A DNA stretch of 64,000 nt from Bacteroidaceae bacterium. Its GTDB lineage: Bacteria > Bacteroidota > Bacteroidia > Bacteroidales > Bacteroidaceae. Location: contig JAZLHP010000060.1 in assembly GCA_045616905.1 (NCBI GenBank), forward strand, positions 23,166 through 87,165. The letters are read 5' to 3'. Below, piece after piece: positions 44,274 through 53,757 of this stretch (position 1 is its first letter; every line of letters begins with the position of its first letter). The position numbers were made by a program, and so were the translations under genes. The notes under the pieces are model-generated. The model searched no databases, was not told the DNA's origin, and saw only the letters and a program-made list of their open reading frames with translations.

Positions 44274-46439
44274 TTACCATTTGTCACTCCATGGAATGAC
44301 TGGTGTGCCGTCTTCCTTGAACTGAATTGGAAGCCACAAATGGAGTGACTGGCTTAGGTGGCGAGGGTTCCACACGTCTGCCATGAATATGATTTTGCCG
44401 TCAATATTCATAATGTAAGTGCCTTGTGCACCAAATGTTTTATTTGCAGGCATGTTGTGGTAGCCGGTTGCCTCTCCAACAAATGGCGAAGGCTGCTGTT
44501 TCCATGGTCCCCAGATGCTTTCGCTTGTGAACATACGTGCCTCGTTAGGATTCCATCCTGTACATCCGCTGCAGATGAGCCAGTAGCGTCCGTCACGTTT
44601 GAATATGCATGGTGCCTCATTTTGTCCTCCTGGGGCGATCATATTGTATTTGCCAGTAAATGACAGCCAGTCGTCTGAAAGCTCGCTTACAAGCAATGTG
44701 AGATTCTCTTGTGATGATGTAATATGGTATGCTTTTCCATCATCGTCAATATAAACCGTCATGTCTCGGCTCATCTGTCCGCCATCCATATCACGCCACA
44801 GATACATTCCCTTTTCGGTTTCAACGCGCCACTCTGGTGTCCACCAGTCTTTCCATGCGGCTGCATTTGTTTTCTGTGCCTCTTTAATCTGTTTCTTGTT
44901 CATGTCAAAAGGCCAGATTCCGGCGTTTATTCTTTGGCTGCGTATGTAGCGGAATGGTCCTGTTGGCGAGTCGCTTTCTGCGAATGCCACACGTGCTGCT
45001 GCGTATCCCTTGCCTTTGAGTTCAAGGTGGAAGAGCATTACGAATTTGTTGGTCTTTTCGTTATAGAGCACCTTTGGGCGTTCCATGATGCAGCCGCGTT
45101 CAATGTCGTGACCATTTTCTTCACTTACGCTTAATGCCACGCCTTCGTCTTTCCAGTTCTGAAGGTCTGTGCTTGAATAAACTCCCACACCCACCTCTGT
45201 GGTGAATCCCTGATAAGGGCGGTTTTCGCCGTACCAATAGTATTTGTCTTTGTACTTTATGATGTTTCCACCATGTGCGTTTATGTGCTTGCCGTTATTG
45301 TCGAACCATAGCTGTCCGTTGACCTTCTCTTCTATGAAACCGTCCATGATGGCAGTTGGTCGTCCGTCGCTGGTGAATGCTCCTAATTTATATTGTCGTG
45401 GCGAACATTGTGGTTCCCAATAGAACACACCTTTGCAATGGCCGTTAGTGCGTGTCTTGCATTCATAAATAAGTCGTCGTAGCTGGTCGCGTCCTTCCTC
45501 CATCACCTTTGGATTCTTCTCGTCAACCTCATATCCGGTTTCTGTTATCATCACGTCAACACCATATTTCTTGCTGACAAGATTGATGTTACGGATGCAG
45601 TCGGTGATGGTCTTTTCTGCCGATGGTTCACGTTTTGCCTTCATGCTCCAATATGGGTAAAGAGACATTCCGATCATGTCAAATTTGGCGCCGTTATTGA
45701 CGAGTACATCAAGATTCTTGTTGTATAGATTATTGTCAAACCCGTTGTCAAGATGTACTATTACCATGGCGTTGGGGTACACTTGTTTTACAGCATCGTA
45801 TCCAGCCTTGAAGAAGCCTGCATACTGCTCGGGATTGCGGTCGAGGTGTCCCATGGATTCCACAATTTGCGTGTGTCCATTTTCGTCTTTCCATTCCCAT
45901 CCGGTTTTTGGATCTGTCTTTACACTCCACAGCATGCCATGACTCGTTTCGTTGCCAACCTGTACCCATTTCACATTTATGTCTTTGTTTTTAAGATAAG
46001 TGAGAACCTCGGTTGTGTGATTGGCAAGGTCTAGTTTCATCTTCTCGTAATTGTGTCCACGCCAACTTGCTGGTATGTTCTGTTTAGCAGGATCTGCCCA
46101 CCAGTCGCTGTAATGGAAATCTATCATAATGGCTTGCCCTAAAGCTTTTGCGCGCAAGCACTTTGCCAATACGTCCTCCTTATTGCACCAGTTGCCATGT
46201 GCTGATGGATTCACCCATACGCGCATGCGTTCTGCATTGATTCCATAATCTGCCATCAATGACATGCATTCGCGTTCGTTGCCTTGCTTGTCGTAGAACT
46301 TTACTCCCTTTGATTCCATTTCAGTCAGCCATCCCATGTCAGCTCCAAGCCAAAAGGTGTCTTGTGCTGCTGACGACTGCCATGTGAAGGCGATGGCTAC
46401 AGCCGCTATCATGCGTTTCAGGTTTTTCAGATAGTTCAT
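44274..46439 (-). CDS. Secreted two-domain glycoside hydrolase: N-terminal GH53 (endo-beta-1,4-galactanase) + C-terminal GH43 five-bladed propeller
   Basis: Signal peptide. GH53 catalytic motifs WVQVGNETS and VMITETGY. The C-terminal half (FDNNGKHINAHGGNIIKYKDKYYWYGE..., ...RDMTVYIDDDGKAYH...) is GH43-like. Confidence 0.75.
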   Translation of the reverse strand: MNYLKNLKRMIAAVAIAFTWQSSAAQDTFWLGADMGWLTEMESKGVKFYDKQGNERECMSLMADYGINAERMRVWVNPSAHGNWCNKEDVLAKCLRAKALGQAIMIDFHYSDWWADPAKQNIPASWRGHNYEKMKLDLANHTTEVLTYLKNKDINVKWVQVGNETSHGMLWSVKTDPKTGWEWKDENGHTQIVESMGHLDRNPEQYAGFFKAGYDAVKQVYPNAMVIVHLDNGFDNNLYNKNLDVLVNNGAKFDMIGMSLYPYWSMKAKREPSAEKTITDCIRNINLVSKKYGVDVMITETGYEVDEKNPKVMEEGRDQLRRLIYECKTRTNGHCKGVFYWEPQCSPRQYKLGAFTSDGRPTAIMDGFIEEKVNGQLWFDNNGKHINAHGGNIIKYKDKYYWYGENRPYQGFTTEVGVGVYSSTDLQNWKDEGVALSVSEENGHDIERGCIMERPKVLYNEKTNKFVMLFHLELKGKGYAAARVAFAESDSPTGPFRYIRSQRINAGIWPFDMNKKQIKEAQKTNAAAWKDWWTPEWRVETEKGMYLWRDMDGGQMSRDMTVYIDDDGKAYHITSSQENLTLLVSELSDDWLSFTGKYNMIAPGGQNEAPCIFKRDGRYWLICSGCTGWNPNEARMFTSESIWGPWKQQPSPFVGEATGYHNMPANKTFGAQGTYIMNIDGKIIFMADVWNPRHLSQSLHLWLPIQFKEDGTPVIPWSDKW

Positions 46440-46485
46440 GATTGTGAGTTAGTTTATTGTCTGTATTTTGTTTGATAAGTTTATG

Positions 46486-46590
46486 TAAGTAGGTAATCAA
46501 AATTAGTATAATTATAAGTAGGTCGTTTTTGTAATATCTGCTTCCAAATAGAGCACATCTATTATAAAACTAATTATGGTCACCTACTTA
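46486..46590. repeat. Three-part inverted-repeat element, copy B (arms TAAGTAGGTAATCA / TGGTCACCTACTTA, internal TAAGTAGGT)
   Basis: Arms are complementary at 12 of 14 positions. Same order of parts as copy A, with about 25 extra nt in the spacer. Carries TAATTTTG (-7 box, minus strand, 46498-46505). Confidence 0.7.
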
Positions 46591-46676
46591 TTTGCAAATA
46601 TACGTTTATTATCTTTATGACAAATCAAAAAAGTGGTAAAATTATTGAAAGATTGCGATAATCCGAAAGAAATCAG

Positions 46677-46684
46677 TATATTTG
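46677..46684 (+). promoter_or_regulatory. -7 promoter box TATATTTG upstream of the structured leader and RNase H gene
   Basis: TAnnTTTG match 260 nt upstream of ATG 46945. Confidence 0.35.
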
Positions 46685-46751
46685 CACATAATAATAAGGG
46701 AAAAACTCATTCCGTTGGCGCCATGCTGCATAAGGCTTTCCGGCACATCGT

Positions 46752-46859
46752 CGTTTGAGCTGGCTCAGATGACCAAACGAGCTGGCTCAAGTTGAGAGTT
46801 GAGCCAGCTCATTTTGAGACCTGAGCCGGCTCGCAAAGAGATTCGACCCAGCTCGTTTG
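46752..46859 (+). repeat. Cluster of five GAGCTGGCTC-type repeats (two direct, three inverted) able to form alternative hairpins
   Basis: GAGCTGGCTCA at 46757-46767 and 46779-46789. Inverted copies TGAGCCAGCTC at 46800-46810, TGAGCCGGCTC at 46822-46832, CCAGCTC at 46848-46854. Perfect 12-bp hairpin 46779-46790/46799-46810. Alternative perfect 12-bp pairing 46774-46785/46848-46859. Confidence 0.7.
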
Positions 46860-46944
46860 ACGGCAGCGCCACCGAGATATTGGGAAACGTGTCGCCGATT
46901 ATCATTGGTGGCAATGCCAATGGATTGTTATAATAACTGACTAA

Positions 46945-47640
46945 ATGGCAAAACAGAAATATTATGTTGTGTGGGACGGCGCCGAAGATGGTGTGTTCAC
47001 AAGTTGGGATGCTTGTAAGGAGGCTGTAAATGGATACCCGAATGCAAAATATAAGTCGTTCAAGACAGAAGCAGAAGCTGAAACGGCTTACGAGATGGGT
47101 TATGAGGCATACGTGGACAGCAAGCCTGATGCAACACCAATAGATGTGGCAGATTCGGAGAATATGGTTGTTTCTGGAAATGGCGTTTCAGATTCTGTTG
47201 TGAATGCACCTGAGGAAAAAAGGGTAGTGGTGGACTGCATACAGGAAGCAATAGCCGTAGATGCAGCTTGTAGCGGCAATCCTGGCGCGATGGAGTATAG
47301 AGGCGTGTATGTGGCAACAGGAAAGGAAATCTTCCACTATGGCCCTGTTTATGGCACGAATAATATAGGTGAGTTCCTTGCCATAGTGCATGGACTTGCT
47401 TTGTTGCAGCAGCGTGGGCTTCTTACGATGCCTGTCTATAGTGATAGCGTGAACGCACAATTATGGGTGAAGAGGAAGAAATGCAAGACAACTTTGGAAA
47501 GAAACGATAAGACGGAGTCGTTGTTTCAGATGATAGAGAGGGCGGAGACATGGTTGCGGACTCATACGTATGCTAATCCTATAATAAAATGGTCTACAGA
47601 TCAATGGGGAGAGATTCCAGCTGATTTTGGTAGGAAATGA
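46945..47640 (+). CDS. rnhA: Ribonuclease H1 with N-terminal hybrid-binding (viroplasmin-like) domain
   Basis: KYYVVWDGAEDGVFTSWDACKEAVNGYPNAKYKSFKTEAEAETAY is the RNase H1 N-terminal HBD. The C-terminal part (AVDAACSGNPGAMEYRG...NNIGEFLAIVHGL...YSDS) is RNase H-like. Confidence 0.8.
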   Translation: MAKQKYYVVWDGAEDGVFTSWDACKEAVNGYPNAKYKSFKTEAEAETAYEMGYEAYVDSKPDATPIDVADSENMVVSGNGVSDSVVNAPEEKRVVVDCIQEAIAVDAACSGNPGAMEYRGVYVATGKEIFHYGPVYGTNNIGEFLAIVHGLALLQQRGLLTMPVYSDSVNAQLWVKRKKCKTTLERNDKTESLFQMIERAETWLRTHTYANPIIKWSTDQWGEIPADFGRK

Positions 47641-48620
47641 AAACGACTAACGATGGGTAGATGGTCGCTTACTCCTCCCTTGTAAATAGGACCAGAATAA
47701 GTCCTGTGTGGAACAATGCCCCCATGTGACTCGTCTTTTGTCACTATGAAAGGGAACGTGAGTGCTTTGGAATTATCGTGTACGATGCTGTTTGTTTGAG
47801 AGAGAATATGGTCAATAGCTGACCATCGTCCCTGATATTTGTATGTGCCGGGTTTGACGTCCCTTGTGAGGTCCGTTAGTAAATAGTCTTTAGTCAAGAA
47901 TAGTATTTGTGGCGATTTCGACTCTGCGTTGAAGTCGCCCATTATTATTATGTTTGCACATTGCCGTGTGTTTGCTATTGAATCAACGTCGTTTTTCAGA
48001 ATGTGTGCGATGTGCATACTGCGTTTACTTGCTCCTTTTCCACCCAATTTTGAAGGGAAATGCACCACATACACATCAAGACTGTCACCATTATTGATGG
48101 TGCCGCATACATGCATGATGTCGCGGGTGGGGTTATTTGGTATATTGGGACGTATGCTCCTGTGAGATAGTGGGTGGAACGTGAATGGTGAGTACATTAG
48201 TGCAACGTCTATGCCTCTACTGTCTTCGGAGTCGGTCATTAAGTATTTATAACCAATATTTGCTAATGGCGTGCGTTCGGTGAGCCAAGTCATCACGCTA
48301 TCGTTTTCCACCTCACATAAAGCAATCAGGTCAATAGGCCGTTCTTCATCAGCTGCGGCAATCACTTTACCTATGTTGCGCAGTTTTTGATACATACGCC
48401 ATTTGCTCCAGTTCCTGTCTCCTTGTTGGCAGAATTCAAAGTCGTTCTTACCTGTGTCATGTTCGGTATCAAAGGCATTTTCCACATTATATTCCATTAC
48501 CGTGAACAAATCTTGTGCATGTGTGCTGAAGGCATTCTGCGACAAGGATGTAGTGTGTGCTATTGTAATGAGTAGGGCAGTGGTGATGCTCCTAAATACC
48601 AAGATGAAGCGTCTTGTCAT
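47601..48620 (-). CDS. Endonuclease/exonuclease/phosphatase (EEP) family protein, secreted
   Basis: Signal peptide. ...FTVMEYNVENAFD..., ...LCEVEN..., ...IIMGDFNA..., ...SDHLPI are the EEP catalytic motifs. Confidence 0.75.
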   Translation of the reverse strand: MTRRFILVFRSITTALLITIAHTTSLSQNAFSTHAQDLFTVMEYNVENAFDTEHDTGKNDFEFCQQGDRNWSKWRMYQKLRNIGKVIAAADEERPIDLIALCEVENDSVMTWLTERTPLANIGYKYLMTDSEDSRGIDVALMYSPFTFHPLSHRSIRPNIPNNPTRDIMHVCGTINNGDSLDVYVVHFPSKLGGKGASKRSMHIAHILKNDVDSIANTRQCANIIIMGDFNAESKSPQILFLTKDYLLTDLTRDVKPGTYKYQGRWSAIDHILSQTNSIVHDNSKALTFPFIVTKDESHGGIVPHRTYSGPIYKGGVSDHLPIVSRFHFLPKSAGISPH

Positions 48621-48667
48621 ATAAAATAATAGGAATTACAGGTTAGAGTTTGGTATGCATCTGTTGT

Positions 48668-51544
48668 TTAGTGTGCCTCAAGCCAGTTTGTGCCCCATCC
48701 ACAATCTGCAACGAGTGGAACGGATAGTTGTGCTGCATTCTGCATCTCGCTTATCACAAGCGATTGTAATCTTTCTTTTTCCTCAGTTACGACGGAGAAA
48801 TTGAGTTCGTCGTGTACTTGGAGAGTCATCTTGCTGCGTAAGCCTTCTTCTCGCATCTTTCTGTCGATGTTAATCATCGCCAACTTTATGATGTCTGCAG
48901 CTGTTCCCTGGATTGGTGCATTGATGGCATTGCGTTCGGCGTATCCTCTAACCACGGCATTTCGTGAGTTGATGTCTGGAAGTTGACATCGGCGACCGAA
49001 AAGCGTTTCTGTATATCCGTTTTCACGTGCCTTGAGAATACTTTCGTCCATGTATTTTTTCACGCCAGGATACGTTATGAAATATTCGTCTATGAGTTGC
49101 TTTGCTTCGCTTCTGCTCACTCCCATGCGTTCTGCCAATCCAAAGGCACTGATTCCGTATATGATGCCGAAATTGGCAGTTTTTGCCTTGCGTCGCATGT
49201 CGCTTGTCACCTCGTTAATATCCACTTTGAATATCTTTGCTGCTGTGGCTTGGTGTATGTCGTGACCACTGTTAAAATCTGCAACCATATTTGTATCTTG
49301 ACTTAGGTGAGCCATGAGACGCAGTTCTATCTGGCTGTAATCGGCAGAGAAGAACAGTTCTCCATCATCAGGAATCAATGCTTTACGCACCTCTTTGCCA
49401 TTTTCGTCGCGTATAGGTATGTTTTGTAAGTTTGGGTTACTTGATGACAAACGACCAGTAGTGGTCACAGCTTGATTGTATGAGGTGTGAATATGTTTTG
49501 TTCGCACATTCTCAAGTTGTGGTAATGCGTCAATGTATGTGCTTAGTAGTTTCTTGTAACCTCTGTAGTCAAGTATTTTACCGACAATGTCGTGCTTGTT
49601 TTTTAATGCGAGTAGTGTGTTTTCATCTGTTACATATTGCCCGGTTTTCGTCTTTTTTGCCTTGGCGTCAAGTTTCAGTTTGTCAAACAGGAGTTCGCCA
49701 ATTTGTTTTGGTGAGGATATATTGATGTCTTGCCCAGCTACTACACGGATGTCATTTTCAATGTTAATCATCCGTTCTGTGAATATACGCGAAGTATCTG
49801 AAAGCGACTTTTTATCAATTCTTGCTCCATTACGTTCCATGCGTGCAAGAACGCTTACAAGTGGCATTTCAATCTCGTCAAACAGTTTGTACAATCCTTT
49901 TTCTTGTAATTCAACTTCGAGTTTGTTCTTCAATTTTAATGTTATGTCTGCATCCTCTGCGGCATATTCATATACTTGCATTGGTGTGAGGTCGCGCATC
50001 GATTTTTGTTTTTTACCGCTACCGATCAGTTCATCAATATGAATGGTCTTGTAGTTCAAGTATATTTCTGCCAGATAATCCATGTTGTGGCGTAGTTCTG
50101 GTGCAATGATGTAATGTGCAATCATTGTATCAAACATTTTGCCGTTTACGTTAATGCCGTAATTGGCAAGTACGTTTATGTCATACTTTATATTTTGTCC
50201 TACCTTCAATATTGCTTCCGATTCGTACACCTCTTTGAAATGACTGACAACCTGTAGTGCTGTTTCGTAGTCTTTTCCCTCAAAATTGTCATGGGCTGGT
50301 ATCGGCACATAAAATGCCTCTCCTTCTTTTATTGAAAAGCTCAAACCGACCAATTTTGCAGAAATTGGATCAACAGAAGTTGTTTCTGTATCTATACTGA
50401 TGATTTTTTCTGACAAGAATTTTGAGGTGATTCTTTTTATATCATATTCTGTCTCAATCAGTTGGTATTTGTGAGGTGTGTCTTTTAGTGTGCTGAGATT
50501 TGAATAAAATAAATCACCTTGCTGTGTGGTCGCATTTTCTGCCTCTTTTTTTGTGTCAAAAAGTGATGTTTGGGCGTTTTGGGATGTGTTGCCAAATAGA
50601 TCTCCACTAAATAGAGTTTGCTGCTGTTTGGATTTCGTACGTGCTACATTTGATGATGTAGAGGAGGTGTTGTCTGCATTTCCAAATACTCTCTTCAGTA
50701 GAGCACGGAATTCTAATCTTTCAAATATTTCTTTTAGTGCTTGTTCGTCGATACTCTCACGCTTAAGATTATCAAGATTTAGTTCTACGGGTACGTCGGT
50801 TTTGATGGTAGCAAGGAATTTCGACATTTTAATGTCTTCCACATGTTCCTCCACTTTCTTTTTCAAAGCACCTTTTAACTTGTCGGTGTTGGCAAGAAGA
50901 TTGTCGATGCTTCCAAATTCATTGATGAGTTTTACGGCTGTCTTTTCACCTACTCCTGGGCATCCAGGGAAGTTGTCAGCAGAGTCGCCCATAAGTCCAA
51001 GTAAATCGATGACTTGGGCAGTTTTTTCTATTCCGTACTTTTCAAGAATCTCTTTTTCGCCCAAAATGTCGAAACCACCGTCATGGCGTGGCTTGTATAT
51101 CTTCACATTATGTGCAACAAGCTGTCCATAGTCTTTATCAGGAGTCATCATATAAGTTTCAATTCCATTGATGGATTCGCTTTGTTTTGCGAGTGTGCCT
51201 ATGACATCATCAGCCTCGAATCCTGCTATTTCAATGACAGGAATCCGGTATGCTTTCAGCACTTCTTTGATTATTGGTACCGCAAAACGAATGCTTTCTG
51301 GGGTTTCTTCGCGTTGTGCCTTGTACTCTGGGAATGCTTCATGACGGAATGTTGCGCCATGAGGGTCAAATGCAACTCCAATGTATTCGGGATTTTCTTT
51401 ATTAAGAATCTCTTCTAATGTGTTAACAAATCCAAGCACGGCAGAGGTGTTTTCCCCCTTGCTGTTGATACGTGGGTTCTTTATGAATCCATAGTATGCA
51501 CGGTATATTAACGCATAAGCGTCGAGCAGAAATAGTTTTGCCAT
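48668..51544 (-). CDS. polA: DNA polymerase I
   Basis: 5'-nuclease N-terminus (LFLLDAYALIYRAYY), 3'-5' exo region, and polymerase motifs DYSQIELR, RRKAKTANFGIIYG, QVHDEL. Confidence 0.95.
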   Translation of the reverse strand: MAKLFLLDAYALIYRAYYGFIKNPRINSKGENTSAVLGFVNTLEEILNKENPEYIGVAFDPHGATFRHEAFPEYKAQREETPESIRFAVPIIKEVLKAYRIPVIEIAGFEADDVIGTLAKQSESINGIETYMMTPDKDYGQLVAHNVKIYKPRHDGGFDILGEKEILEKYGIEKTAQVIDLLGLMGDSADNFPGCPGVGEKTAVKLINEFGSIDNLLANTDKLKGALKKKVEEHVEDIKMSKFLATIKTDVPVELNLDNLKRESIDEQALKEIFERLEFRALLKRVFGNADNTSSTSSNVARTKSKQQQTLFSGDLFGNTSQNAQTSLFDTKKEAENATTQQGDLFYSNLSTLKDTPHKYQLIETEYDIKRITSKFLSEKIISIDTETTSVDPISAKLVGLSFSIKEGEAFYVPIPAHDNFEGKDYETALQVVSHFKEVYESEAILKVGQNIKYDINVLANYGINVNGKMFDTMIAHYIIAPELRHNMDYLAEIYLNYKTIHIDELIGSGKKQKSMRDLTPMQVYEYAAEDADITLKLKNKLEVELQEKGLYKLFDEIEMPLVSVLARMERNGARIDKKSLSDTSRIFTERMINIENDIRVVAGQDINISSPKQIGELLFDKLKLDAKAKKTKTGQYVTDENTLLALKNKHDIVGKILDYRGYKKLLSTYIDALPQLENVRTKHIHTSYNQAVTTTGRLSSSNPNLQNIPIRDENGKEVRKALIPDDGELFFSADYSQIELRLMAHLSQDTNMVADFNSGHDIHQATAAKIFKVDINEVTSDMRRKAKTANFGIIYGISAFGLAERMGVSRSEAKQLIDEYFITYPGVKKYMDESILKARENGYTETLFGRRCQLPDINSRNAVVRGYAERNAINAPIQGTAADIIKLAMINIDRKMREEGLRSKMTLQVHDELNFSVVTEEKERLQSLVISEMQNAAQLSVPLVADCGWGTNWLEAH

Positions 51545-51697
51545 TGTTATTCTTTTTTATGTGTATTCTTTTTTTATGTCAGTCGAATATTAACGTTGTC
51601 TTTCATCATTGTTTGTAATACACTTTCTAAGTGTTGTGTTTTTTGCCTAAACAATTAAATTTGTGTGTAAACTTACGGAAAATAATTGAAAAAACAT

Positions 51698-51705
51698 TAA
51701 CTTTG
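51698..51705 (+). promoter_or_regulatory. -7 promoter box TAACTTTG
   Basis: TAnnTTTG match 19 nt upstream of ATG 51724. Supports the shorter start for the polyprenyl synthase. Confidence 0.45.
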
Positions 51706-51723
51706 CACTTGAAATTTGGAATT

Positions 51724-52701
51724 ATGGATGCATTGCAGATAATAAAAGCCCCAATTATTGCGGATATGGATTGGTACAAAGAAGTTTTCAATTCACATCT
51801 GGTACATTCTAATCCGTTGCTTCAGCAAGTTCTTAACATGGTGAAGAAACGCACGGGTAAGATGATGCGTCCTATTCTAACTCTTCTTTCTGCTAAGCTT
51901 TTTGGAAATGTAAATATCAGCACAATCTACACGGCTGCTACGTTTGAGTTTTTTCATACTGCGAGTCTTGTGCACGATGACGTGATTGACGAGAGCGATG
52001 AACGAAGAGGGCAGGCTTCGGTACATAGTGTTTTTGGTAACAAGGTAGCTGTGTTGGCGGGAGATTATATACTTTCTACAGCAGTTTTATGTTCATCTAA
52101 GGCACGAGATCCTCAATTGGTCGAAATTGTATCAGAGGCATCGCAGACATTGGCGAGTGGAGAGATTTTACAGCTTTACAATGTTCAGAATGATTTGTTA
52201 AGTGAAGAAATCTATTTTGATATTATCAGAGAGAAAACAGCAGCATTGTTTGCCGCTTGTGCTAAAGCGGGAGTTATGTCGGTTTCATCGGATGAATTAG
52301 CAGCTGAGAACCTACGAAAATTTGGTGAGATTATCGGAGTATGTTTCCAGATACGAGATGACATTTTCGATTATTATAATGACGAAGAACGTATTGGAAA
52401 ACCAACAGGAAACGACATGAAAGAAGGCAAGTTGACTCTTCCCGCTATTTATGCTGTTAATTCAACAGGAAATCCTTTAATGCGTGAGTTGGCACTCAAG
52501 GTAAAATCTGGTGATGTAAGTGCAGATGAAATAGCCGAGCTTGTTGCATTCGCAAAGAGTAATGGCGGTATTGATTATGCTCGTAGGGTAATGAATGAAT
52601 ATGCTGATAAAGCAAAGAACTTGCTTGATGAGTATCCAGATTCAGCAGTCAAGCAAGCTCTTTGTCAATATGTTGATTTTGTTGTTGATAGAAACCTATA
52701 A
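51724..52701 (+). CDS. Polyprenyl diphosphate synthase (octaprenyl/IspB-like)
   Basis: FHTASLVHDDVIDESDERRG (first DDxxD) and FQIRDDIFDY (second DDxxD). Confidence 0.85.
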   Translation: MDALQIIKAPIIADMDWYKEVFNSHLVHSNPLLQQVLNMVKKRTGKMMRPILTLLSAKLFGNVNISTIYTAATFEFFHTASLVHDDVIDESDERRGQASVHSVFGNKVAVLAGDYILSTAVLCSSKARDPQLVEIVSEASQTLASGEILQLYNVQNDLLSEEIYFDIIREKTAALFAACAKAGVMSVSSDELAAENLRKFGEIIGVCFQIRDDIFDYYNDEERIGKPTGNDMKEGKLTLPAIYAVNSTGNPLMRELALKVKSGDVSADEIAELVAFAKSNGGIDYARRVMNEYADKAKNLLDEYPDSAVKQALCQYVDFVVDRNL

Positions 52702-52810
52702 TCTATCAGCATAATATTCAGGTTTTACTTTGTAAGTAAACAAGGGTTTGATTCCTCCTTTTAGCATGTATTTAATAATTGGGCATCAACAACTTTACAG
52801 ATTGTCTTGA

Positions 52811-53698
52811 TTAAAAGAACGAAATTTCTTTGTCCTCAATTTCACTTAGTAATTTGTTTGCGAGTGAACTTGTTCCTAAACGCAACCATTTATTTGTTAA
52901 CCACTTTTCACCTAATACCTCTTTTACTATCGTATAGTATTTCAGAGCATCCTCTACGGTTTTCATCCCGCCTGCAGGTTTAATACCAATTTGAATACCA
53001 GTTTTTAAATAATATTCCTTTATCGCCTGGCACATTATGAATGCAGCTTCTGGAGTAGCTGCTGGTTCTAATTTCCCTGTGGAAGTCTTTATGTAGTCAG
53101 CACCTGCATACATAGCCATTATGCTTGCTTTCTTAATGTTTGAACCTGTTTTAAGACATCCCGTTTCAAGTATGACTTTCATTTTTTTATCTCCGCAAAC
53201 GGCCTTCAATTCTGATATTTCTTCATCAACACCTTCGTAATCGCCAGCAAGGAATTTGCCAACAGGCATAACGATGTCAATCTCCGTAGCTCCGTCTTTA
53301 ATTGCCATTGCAGTTTCTGCTATCTTCACCTCAAGGAATGTTTGGCTGGAAGGGAAACTTCCTGATACGCAAGCAATTTCAACGTCTTCATTTTCAAGTG
53401 TGTCGTAGCATACCTTTGCAAAATTAGGGTAAACACAAACTGTTGCAACATGACCGAGTTCTGGGTATTCATCATCAAACTTATTGACTTTTTCAATAAA
53501 TTTGATGACGCTTTCTTCGCTGTCTGTAGTTTTTAATGTGGTAAGTTCTACGCTGTTAAGCAGAAATTTCTTTACTTCTTTTGTATTGTTCTCTTGTAGG
53601 TGCTCTTTTAGGAGAATGTCCACTTGGCGTTTTACTTTTTCGTCATCAATGTTGAGATTGTACTCGCTCAACACCTTTTCATACTTATTGTCTTCCAT
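52811..53698 (-). CDS. deoC: Deoxyribose-phosphate aldolase (long form)
   Basis: ...EIDIVMPVG..., KVILETGCL and GADYIKTSTGK (Schiff-base lysine region). Confidence 0.8.
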   Translation of the reverse strand: MEDNKYEKVLSEYNLNIDDEKVKRQVDILLKEHLQENNTKEVKKFLLNSVELTTLKTTDSEESVIKFIEKVNKFDDEYPELGHVATVCVYPNFAKVCYDTLENEDVEIACVSGSFPSSQTFLEVKIAETAMAIKDGATEIDIVMPVGKFLAGDYEGVDEEISELKAVCGDKKMKVILETGCLKTGSNIKKASIMAMYAGADYIKTSTGKLEPAATPEAAFIMCQAIKEYYLKTGIQIGIKPAGGMKTVEDALKYYTIVKEVLGEKWLTNKWLRLGTSSLANKLLSEIEDKEISFF

Positions 53699-53757
53699 GT
53701 TTTCTTATTATTGTTTTATTTGTTCGTTACTATAATATACGTTGTTATATGCGAGTC

